NCBI GenBank assembly: GCA_040222015.1
Contig: JAVJWO010000005.1
Coordinates: 1 to 64,000, forward strand
From: Coleofasciculus chthonoplastes F2-STO-03
GTDB taxonomy: Bacteria; Cyanobacteriota; Cyanobacteriia; Cyanobacteriales; Coleofasciculaceae
Direction of reading: 5' to 3'
Length of the DNA stretch: 64,000 nucleotides
A model generated the notes under the pieces. It did not search any database, was not told the DNA's origin, and saw only the letters and a program-made list of their open reading frames with translations. Within the stretch, counting starts at the first letter, position 1; every line of letters starts with the position of its first letter. Below are positions 39,605 to 47,849 of this stretch, piece after piece. Made by a program: the position numbers and the translations under genes.

Positions 39605-41437
39605 TTAGGATTGTTTCTGCGATCGCGGAAGTTTCACCACAAACTCAGTGCCTTTTCCGGGTTGGGAACAATAGTCGAGAGTACCGCCATGTTTCTCCAC
39701 AATTTTATAACTAATTGATAATCCTAATCCCGTTCCCTTGCCAACAGGTTTAGTGGTAAAAAACGGCTCAAACACTCGTGATTTGAGTTCTGCTGGTATA
39801 CCCAAACCATTATCCCGAACCCGAATCGCCACCATTTCATCGTCTAATTGTTGAGTCAAAATCTCAATCCTTGGCTGCTTCACAAAAGCGGATTCTAAAG
39901 CATCAATCGCATTAATTAGCAGATTCATAAACACTTGATTGATTTCTCCAGCATAGCACTCGACTAAGGGCAAGTCACCATAGTCTTTAACTACCTGAAT
40001 AGCCGGACGGTTGGGATTGGCTTGCCAGCGATTTTCGAGAATTAATAGAGTATTGTCAATTCCTTCATGCAAATCAACCGTTTTCATCTCCGCTTCATCG
40101 AGTCGCGAAAAGTTCCGCAATGATTGCACAATTTTGCGAATCCGATCGGCTCCGATTTTGATCGAGTCCAGTAATTTAGGAAAGTCTCGCTGAATAAACT
40201 CCCAATCCAGTTGCTGTAATTTGGCTTGAATAATAGGATTGGAATTGGGATAGGATTGCTGATAAAGCTGTACCAGTTCCAAAACATCATCGATATAATC
40301 TTTAGCCGGATTAATATTGCCGTAAATAAAGCTAACTGGGTTATTAATTTCATGAGCCACTCCCGCCACCAGTTGTCCCAAACTGGACATTTTTTCTTGT
40401 TGGATGAGTTGAGCTTGCGTCTGTTGCAATTGTTGCAAAGCTGCTGTCAGTTCTATGGCTTTCTGGGCTTCCGATTCAGCAATTGAGCGGGTTTGGGCGT
40501 AGAGTTCCGCTTGCGTAAGCGCGATCGCCAGTTTATCGGCTACCCGTTCTAACAAGTCTACTTCGTTATCATTCCAATGTCGCGTTTTCCCACTATGACT
40601 GCAACAGATAGCGCCAATTTTCCCCGATTGAGTGTGAACGGGGACAAAAACCACCGCACGATAGTTTAATGTCTCCAGAAAAAATTGGCGTTCGACGGGA
40701 TTTTGCAACGTGAGGGTATCTTCAATACGAGTCACTTCTTTGCGGGTGATTTTGGCAATTAAGGGGGTAATGTCGGCTACGGGAACCCGACTTCCGTTTA
40801 AGGAAGGTAACTCAGGGTGTTTGACTTCAGCGATAACTTCTGCTACGGGAGGAATAGCGTCTGGTACATATAATCGGAAGACGCAGCGTTCCAATTCTAA
40901 CAAGTGATAAAGTTTATCAACGGCAGTTTCCACCACCGTATTAAAATCAAGAGAAGCGCGAATTTGACTAGCAATACTATTCAGCAGTGATTCTCGCTGT
41001 GCTAGTTGTCGATATCGGGTTTCCGAGTCTTGCAACGCTTGTTCAAATTGCTTACGTTGTGTGATATTTGTACAGGTTCCCACCAGTCGATAAATGTGCC
41101 CATTATCATCTTTGAGAGGGGTGAGTCCCGTCAGCCACCAAATCGGTTCTCCGTCTAGAGTAACGAGTTTTTCGTAATGAATGGTTTTTCCCGCCTTAAC
41201 GCATTCATCATAAAGTTCTATACAGGGCGAGGCAAATTCAGGTGGTAATACCTCGCTCAGTAAACGTCCACGCAGGTTATCTGAGGTTAACCCCAAATTT
41301 TTTTTAGCCACAGGATTAAAATCGGCGTAACGGTAATTTCCTTGAGCATCGATATCGATCACGAAAATGGGATGATCGACCTTTTCGTAGATACTGCGTA
41401 AGCCGAAGCAACTCTGTTGAGTGGAGAGAATAGACAT
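39605..41437 (-). CDS. PAS-GAF sensor histidine kinase
   Basis: PAS and GAF domains, H-box AHEINNP, N-box NLLINAIDA and G-boxes DNGLG and GKGTGLGL. Confidence 0.93.
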   Translation of the reverse strand: MSILSTQQSCFGLRSIYEKVDHPIFVIDIDAQGNYRYADFNPVAKKNLGLTSDNLRGRLLSEVLPPEFASPCIELYDECVKAGKTIHYEKLVTLDGEPIWWLTGLTPLKDDNGHIYRLVGTCTNITQRKQFEQALQDSETRYRQLAQRESLLNSIASQIRASLDFNTVVETAVDKLYHLLELERCVFRLYVPDAIPPVAEVIAEVKHPELPSLNGSRVPVADITPLIAKITRKEVTRIEDTLTLQNPVERQFFLETLNYRAVVFVPVHTQSGKIGAICCSHSGKTRHWNDNEVDLLERVADKLAIALTQAELYAQTRSIAESEAQKAIELTAALQQLQQTQAQLIQQEKMSSLGQLVAGVAHEINNPVSFIYGNINPAKDYIDDVLELVQLYQQSYPNSNPIIQAKLQQLDWEFIQRDFPKLLDSIKIGADRIRKIVQSLRNFSRLDEAEMKTVDLHEGIDNTLLILENRWQANPNRPAIQVVKDYGDLPLVECYAGEINQVFMNLLINAIDALESAFVKQPRIEILTQQLDDEMVAIRVRDNGLGIPAELKSRVFEPFFTTKPVGKGTGLGLSISYKIVEKHGGTLDYCSQPGKGTEFVVKLPRSQKQS

Positions 41438-41851
41438 GGCTGCAAGTTCCAGAACGATTTGAGCGAGCCAACTCTAAGCAATTGCGTAAGATGAGATAAG
41501 CTGTTCGGCATTTAAACCTTAATGTCAAGAATGGCTCTCATCCTTTTAGTGCGTTAAGCGAAGCCATGCCGCAGGCTTTGCATCTTGCTCGCTACTAATA
41601 CCCAATTTAAATGCATGACAGCTTAGATTCCCCTGATGAACCGAAGCGGCTATAGTAATTAATTAGATTGGCTCTTGGTCTATTCTACCACTGTTTAAAA
41701 TTCATTCAGCCAGCGTCATGTCGGATTTTAGATTAAAACTTTCAACCGTGAGTGCGGCAAAAGCTAACATGAAACCTAAGTAATGGAGATAAGCTGTAAT
41801 CGAACTCGCCCACATTGTTATCTGTCTTGATTTTTGCTGATTTGATTAATT

Positions 41852-41940
41852 AGGACTTACGCAAAGGCTCTATTTGTAGGGTGTGTTAGCGTAGCGTAAC
41901 GCACATTTACCCCCATCCGTGGTGTGTCTGCGTAAGTCCT
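41852..41940. repeat. MITE-like element with 12-bp terminal inverted repeats (AGGACTTACGCA) enclosing a GTAG REP
   Basis: AGGACTTACGCA...TGCGTAAGTCCT with internal GTAGGGTGTGTTAGCGTAGCGTAACGCAC, the same REP family as at 16692-16720. Confidence 0.75.
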
Positions 41941-42032
41941 GTTAATAATTTGATGTTGGCTAGGTAAAAACAATCAGTATATCACTGGTTTCGGCGATCC
42001 CCAAAGGGGTCCAATTTTCAGTGCCATTCATC

Positions 42033-42437
42033 CTAAGTCTCACTGACAGTTTCACGTCCGTGACGGTGTTGATGACGGTGTTGATGCTGATGTTCATGAT
42101 CATGACATTCGCTATCTTCTCTGACCAAAGAACCATTAAGATAAGCTTCAACCGCTTTATCTAGATCCGTTTCTTTAGTAATAATCGGTTCAATTCCCTT
42201 CTGTTCCAGACGGCTTACCAATTTCTTTCCCATTCCCCCAGCAATCAAAACCTGCACATCATCTAACGGGTGGGAGTTGTTGGGTTTGCTATTGTGAAAC
42301 GACTGTTCGGGGGACAATTCCAAAAGCGTTTTAGCGGTGATTTCATTATCTTTAATGTCGTAAATCCAAAACCTCTGGCAATGTCCAGCGTGTTCGGTTA
42401 TGCTGGTTTTATTTTGACTAGCGACAGCAATTTTCAT
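42033..42437 (-). CDS. NifB/NifX-family (FeMo-co-binding-like) protein with a His-rich tail
   Basis: MKIAVASQN..EHAGHCQRF..LIAGGMG; tail CHDHEHQHQHRHQHRH. True start is ATG 42437. Confidence 0.85.
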   Translation of the reverse strand: MKIAVASQNKTSITEHAGHCQRFWIYDIKDNEITAKTLLELSPEQSFHNSKPNNSHPLDDVQVLIAGGMGKKLVSRLEQKGIEPIITKETDLDKAVEAYLNGSLVREDSECHDHEHQHQHRHQHRHGRETVSET

Positions 42438-42483
42438 GGTTTTTCCTATTTTTAATGAATGGTTACTTGAACTGGCGTAAAAG

Positions 42484-42702
42484 CTACGCGGGTGGATGAT
42501 CGTGAGGTGGGCGAGTGTTGATACCGAGTAAGCGATAAATGCCGCAAAAGCCAATCGCCGCACTGAAGGCAAGCAAAGCGGCGGCAATATCTAATCCAAC
42601 GACTAAGCCCGTATCTTGATAAACACTCAACCCTGCATAAAGCAAAATTTCTGCTAAAAGTAAGCGAACAATCTGATCGAAGCGTCCGACATTGTTGAAC
42701 AT
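42484..42702 (-). CDS. DUF2892/YgaP-like small membrane protein
   Basis: MFNNVGRFDQIVR..2 TM..GFCGIYRLLGINT. Confidence 0.85.
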   Translation of the reverse strand: MFNNVGRFDQIVRLLLAEILLYAGLSVYQDTGLVVGLDIAAALLAFSAAIGFCGIYRLLGINTRPPHDHPPA

Positions 42703-43142
42703 GATACCTAATGTAAACGAACAGTAGATTTTTCGGCGTTCTAACACTCTGAACCGATTGCCTAATGGTTACGGCAATTCTGGGTTATTGGCTAAGAGTG
42801 TTTCCCGCCTTGCCTGGGAAACTTTCAGCTATTTGTTGAATATATCACTAGATAGTTGATTAAGCAAGTCAAAGCAGCCAGCTAGTAGAGACGTTGGCGA
42901 CAATACCTCTACCTTGGTGCCAGGGAAGCCTTTCCACGCCTAGATTTGGGGGCAGGTATGTGGGGTAACAGAGGTGAGAGCGATCGCGTTATCATCCACA
43001 TTTCGCACTTCAGATGAAGCATTAGATAGCGCTTACACCTCCCAATTTCCCCTAACCCCAATGTCTTTCGCACCTCCTCACTACTCACAACTTAACGAGG
43101 GATTGTTCTATAATAGTGCCAATGAATCTATATTCAGTTATT

Positions 43143-43646
43143 ATGTCTACCCATCCCCTTAAAGAAATTTCTCAAAAAACCGATTTTTAAAAAAATGATC
43201 AAGAACAAAAATCTAACGGAATACCTTTGGTGTTTATAGACACAAATGTTGTGGCGGCTTACCTGCGTGGTGAGTCCTCTAGTTCTCATCTATTTTCTGA
43301 CGAAATACTTAAGAAAGTCCATCTTGCCATCAACCCAATAGTCCTTCAAGAGCTATTATTTATCGCCGAGACTCGCAAACATCCTGAAATACTTAATGTA
43401 GTACAACAACAATTCAGGGTATTACCTATAAATCTTGACAAGGCTGATGAGTATCTTAAATACGCTGTAGATCTTCGCAACAAAATACCTCATTCAAATG
43501 ATATTTTGATGCTTAGTAGCGCAGTTGAATGCGATTACTTGGTGACTTACGATTTGGCATTAAAAGCATTAAGTTCGCGCTTGAGCTGTAAACCCCAGGT
43601 CGTTACACCTGAACAACTCCTCTCTCAACTTGGAAGTAAGGCGTGA
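43143..43646 (+). CDS. PIN-domain ribonuclease; in-frame TAA at 43188 after ATG 43143, so either a pseudogene or initiated at TTG 43227
   Basis: VFIDTNV, VLQEL, NDILM and LVTYD acidic PIN motifs. Confidence 0.75.
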
Positions 43647-43720
43647 AGGTTTATATCGATACGGGTGTTTTTATTGATTACCTCGGGTGTGCTTCTTTCA
43701 AGCTAGCTAATTTCTTATAA
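43643..43720 (+). pseudogene. Truncated second PIN-domain gene
   Basis: GTG overlaps the previous stop (GTGA). Reads MKVYIDTGVFIDYL and stops after 25 aa. Confidence 0.6.
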
Positions 43721-43954
43721 ACACTCCCGGCGGTGTAATCCCGGTTTTCAGGAAACGCACATTGGCGGAAGCCCATCCCACAACAATGTCGGCGTTCGGG
43801 ATTTAGTCAAGGTATCAGTTTGTGGCATAAGCTATCTGTAAAACCCGCCCCTACAGTCGGTTCTCTCGCCATGACAGCGAAGACAATGTATATGATGGTA
43901 TGTAATAATATGACTAATCAGTAAATAACACCGAACCGCACAGCATTACCCCTT

Positions 43955-44368
43955 ATGCCTAATCGCACAGCGACCAAATCCAAGACCAAGAAAGCCACTT
44001 CAGTATCCGATTGCGGCATCTCCCAACTCTCTCCTGTAGCGTTGACCTTGATGGCAGATTTTTTCAAGGTACTCTCGGAAGTCAGTCGGCTACAGATTGT
44101 CTGCTGCTTGAAAGCAGGTGCAAAGAACGTCACAGAGATTATTGAAGAAACCGGATTGGGACAAGCTAACGTATCGAAGCACCTCAAAATACTCAACCAA
44201 GCGGGAATCGTGTCCCGTGAACAGCAAGGGGTTTGTGTCTACTATAAAATAGCCAACCCGTTTCTGTTTGAATTGTGCGATTTGGTCTGTGATACTCTCT
44301 CGATGCAAATGGAGCAGCAAAGCCGACAAATACAGCAGCTAGCCGCGCTACGCCAAAGTCGCAGATAA
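43955..44368 (+). CDS. ArsR/SmtB-family transcriptional regulator
   Basis: FFKVLSEVSRLQIV and GQANVSKHLKIL..GIVSREQQG..VYY winged HTH. Confidence 0.92.
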   Translation: MPNRTATKSKTKKATSVSDCGISQLSPVALTLMADFFKVLSEVSRLQIVCCLKAGAKNVTEIIEETGLGQANVSKHLKILNQAGIVSREQQGVCVYYKIANPFLFELCDLVCDTLSMQMEQQSRQIQQLAALRQSRR

Positions 44369-44511
44369 ATTGACCGCCGCGATCAGGGATGCAGGGGTAT
44401 CACTATTTGTAGAGACACGATATGATGTCGTGCCCCTATTCTAGTCTTTAGCATCTGCCTCTAGAAAGATGCTATTGTAGCTAAATGCAGCGATAACTTG
44501 TTTGGTGTTAC

Positions 44512-47500
44512 TTGGAATGTAATGGTGCGGTGGCACGAAACCCGAATCAGAAAAGCCGCGATCGCATTAGCGTCCCTCGAATGGTATTGACCGCAACAAG
44601 CATCTGGGGATGTTGGACTGGCGTTGTTTTAACTCAGCCTGCGATCGCGCAAATTACTCCTGATGCTACTTTGGGTCTTGACAGGTCAAGATTAGACACC
44701 GGAAGTCCCCCGGCAGATATTCTGATTCGAGGCGGCGTCTCCCGTGATTCTCACCTGTTCCACAGCTTTGAGACGTTCAATGTGGGAGATGGACAACGAG
44801 TTTATTTCGCCAACCCTAGCGGGATTGAAACCATTTTCACTCGCGTCACTGGTGAAAACCTGACAACTATTCTAGGAACCTTAGGCGTCGATGGATCAGC
44901 GAACCTGATTCTGCTGAATCCCAATGGTATCTTTTTTGGCGAGAATGCTCAATTAGATGTGTCCGGTGCATTTCGAGCCACAACAGCAGATAGCGTTATT
45001 TTTGAGAATGGACTGGAATTCAGCGCCACAAATCCTCAACCCCCATCTCCTCTACTCACCATTAACGTTCCCATTGGTTTGCAATTTGGAACCAATCCCG
45101 GCACGATTGTCAATCAATCCATCGTTGGACTATCTGTGAAATCCGGTCAAACCTTGTCCCTAATTGGTGGAGATGTGGAGTTAGCAGGGAGTAATCTTAC
45201 CGCACCTGGGGGAAAAATTGAACTGGGTTCTGTTTTTAATGGGGAGTGGAACCTCAATTCTCCCCAATCCTCGTTCCCCAATGCTACAAGTTCGACATTA
45301 GGCACGATTCAATTGATAGAACAAGCCACCGTCGATACCAGTGGTGAAGGTGGGGGCGAAATTCTGGTGCAAGGACGACAAGTTTCCGTCCGCGATGGGT
45401 CAGAAATTAAGTCCATTACTCAAGGATCTCAACCTGGAGCTAATTTAACCATAAACGCGGCTGAGTTGGTCGAAGTCATCGGCGCTGCACCTACACCCGA
45501 TGGTGATTTAGTTCTCAGTAGCATCAAGGCAAATACAGTCGGTACTGGATCAGGGGGAGATTTAACCATTAACACAGGACTCTTAAGGGTGCAGGGTAGA
45601 GGCTTAGTTTCCACCTCAACCTTTGGTGGCGGGACAGGGGGAGATCTAACGATTCGGGCTTCAGAGGCTGTAGAACTGAGTGGTTCGGGATTTGAGGCTT
45701 TGCAACTCAGCGTTATCTTAAGGGCGTTAGCCACACCCGAATCATTGACACCCGAACTATCAGAACTATTAAAGGCATTAGGTTTACCCCCCCCACCCTT
45801 ACAAGTGTCCGATATAGAAGACTTTGTTGGAGGCGGACTTTTAGCGGGTACTCAAGGAAGTAGTGCATCAGCATCAGCCGGTCGTTTAACCATTGACACG
45901 AATCGGTTAGTGATGCGGAATGGCGCGATCGCGTCTACACCAACAGGGGGTGCTGGGAGAGGGGGAGATGTCTTAGTCAACGCTTCTGAGTCCGTTGAAA
46001 TATCCGGTTCTGCCTTTGTCACCGGGGCGTTTCAAGGAACCACAGGTGATGCAGGGAATCTCAGATTAAATACGCAACACCTAACCCTAAAAAATGGAGG
46101 ACTCCTGCAAACGATTACCTTGGCTCAAGGGGATGGGGGAAGTTTGCAAGTCAACGCCTCTGAGTCTGTGCAAATGGACAGCACTCCCATTGGCGCTCTT
46201 GCTCCCACGGGGATTTTTGCTAACAGTATCTTTGGTACAGGGACAGGCGGCGACATCACCGTGAATACACGCCAGATGACTATGCGCGAAGGGGCGCAAG
46301 TGGGCAATCAGACGGGTGCATTAACAGGATTGGGGTTAATTCCGGTGGGGGGTCCAGCTGGAGATGTTGTCATCAATGCAACTGATTTTATTGAAATTGA
46401 CGGTGTATCCCCAGATTCTCGGTTTATTAGTGGTCCGGGAACCACCAGTTTTAGTGGAGCGCCAGCCGGGGATGTCACCGTTTCTACCCGTAATCTGATC
46501 ATTCGCAATGGCGGTAATATCTCAACTACGACTCTGAGTGCGGGAGATGGAGGCACATTAACGGTTAATGTCTCCGATAAGCTGGAACTCGTCGGTACAG
46601 GAATTTCTACAGGGGGAGGAGTCACTGTCGAAATTCCCAGTAGTTTAGTCTCTTCCTCCGGACGTGCTGACTTTCCCGCCTTGCAAGCCACTGGGGACGC
46701 GGGTGTTTTAGAGGTAAATGCAGGTCAACTCATCATCCGAGATGGCGCAGAAGTTGCCGTGAATAGTCTTGGTTCAGGGAATGCGGGGACATTAGAAATT
46801 GTTGCTGATTTGATTCAATTGAATAATCAGGGAAGGATTAATGCGGCAACTGATTCGGGTCAAGGGGGTAACTTATCCCTAAAAACTCAAAGCTTGCTGA
46901 TGACTCAAGAGAGTCAGATTACCACCGATGCTGGGAATACAGATGGGGGTAATATTACCATCATCACCGATACCTTAGTCGCTCTAGAAAATAGCGATAT
47001 TACGGCGAATGCTCAACAAGGTCGAGGGGGACGAGTTAGTGTTACGGCTCAAGGTATTTTTGGCACTGAGTTTCGGGAGAAATTGACACCAGAAAGTGAT
47101 ATTACAGCCACCTCTGAATTGGGTCCTGAGTTTAGTGGTACTGTGAATATTGTGATCCAGGGTATTGACCCCTCTCAAGGATTAGTTGAGTTCCCCGAAA
47201 ATTTCACAGATACCAGCACACTTATTGCTCTTGGCTGTGCTGCTAATGAAGGGAATTACTTTGCCATAACGGGGCGCGGTGGCTTACCTGCCAACCCAAC
47301 TCAACCCCTTACCAGTGAGACAGTGTGGTCAGATGTACGCAATTTATCGGTGGCGTCTTCCCCATCGTCTGTCGCTAAAACAAAAAACAATTTCCACTTT
47401 TCCCGACCCAATCCTCAACCTCAAATTATTGAAGCACAAGGCTGGATTGTCAATGAAAAAGGTCAAGTTGAATTGGTAGCTAATTTACCGGAAGCTTCTC

Positions 47501-47541
47501 CCCAACGTCCTCGATATAAACCACAAACTTGTTCTTTTTAA
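44512..47541 (+). CDS. Filamentous haemagglutinin-like (TpsA) exoprotein
   Basis: Signal-like AIA-QITPDATLG, LFHSFETF, NPSGI and LLNPNGI secretion domain, Gly-rich beta-helix repeats, and C-terminal IIEAQGW. Start uncertain. Confidence 0.9.
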   Translation: MECNGAVARNPNQKSRDRISVPRMVLTATSIWGCWTGVVLTQPAIAQITPDATLGLDRSRLDTGSPPADILIRGGVSRDSHLFHSFETFNVGDGQRVYFANPSGIETIFTRVTGENLTTILGTLGVDGSANLILLNPNGIFFGENAQLDVSGAFRATTADSVIFENGLEFSATNPQPPSPLLTINVPIGLQFGTNPGTIVNQSIVGLSVKSGQTLSLIGGDVELAGSNLTAPGGKIELGSVFNGEWNLNSPQSSFPNATSSTLGTIQLIEQATVDTSGEGGGEILVQGRQVSVRDGSEIKSITQGSQPGANLTINAAELVEVIGAAPTPDGDLVLSSIKANTVGTGSGGDLTINTGLLRVQGRGLVSTSTFGGGTGGDLTIRASEAVELSGSGFEALQLSVILRALATPESLTPELSELLKALGLPPPPLQVSDIEDFVGGGLLAGTQGSSASASAGRLTIDTNRLVMRNGAIASTPTGGAGRGGDVLVNASESVEISGSAFVTGAFQGTTGDAGNLRLNTQHLTLKNGGLLQTITLAQGDGGSLQVNASESVQMDSTPIGALAPTGIFANSIFGTGTGGDITVNTRQMTMREGAQVGNQTGALTGLGLIPVGGPAGDVVINATDFIEIDGVSPDSRFISGPGTTSFSGAPAGDVTVSTRNLIIRNGGNISTTTLSAGDGGTLTVNVSDKLELVGTGISTGGGVTVEIPSSLVSSSGRADFPALQATGDAGVLEVNAGQLIIRDGAEVAVNSLGSGNAGTLEIVADLIQLNNQGRINAATDSGQGGNLSLKTQSLLMTQESQITTDAGNTDGGNITIITDTLVALENSDITANAQQGRGGRVSVTAQGIFGTEFREKLTPESDITATSELGPEFSGTVNIVIQGIDPSQGLVEFPENFTDTSTLIALGCAANEGNYFAITGRGGLPANPTQPLTSETVWSDVRNLSVASSPSSVAKTKNNFHFSRPNPQPQIIEAQGWIVNEKGQVELVANLPEASPQRPRYKPQTCSF

Positions 47542-47849
47542 TTCTTGGGAGGAACTCAGATCAAGCAAAAAAACTCTGCGCCCCTCTGCGTAAACCTCGG
47601 CGTCCCTCTGCGTTAAAAAAACATAATTTCGATGCGAACTTATATGACATGAACTCAAAAACCCTTGAGCGAAGTGTCAATACTGCAAATTAAGTCAGGG
47701 CGGGTTTTGTACAAACGTTATGATCAATAGCGAAACGTATAGCGCTTCGCGCCCGCCCCTACTTGTCTCAAAACCAGGTTCCTTTGAGCAAAGGATCAAC
47801 CCTCAACACTCTCTATGGATACCGTTAACTATCAAAATCAGGTCAAACT

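Noticed and set aside
42033..42437. Nitrogen-fixation gene cluster
   Set aside because: Only a lone NifX-fold protein is present, with no nifHDK/ENB in the window.
42438..42587. N-terminal 50 aa of the 184-aa ORF
   Set aside because: It overlaps the DUF2892 gene in another frame; the NifX-like domain starts at MKIAVAS (42437).
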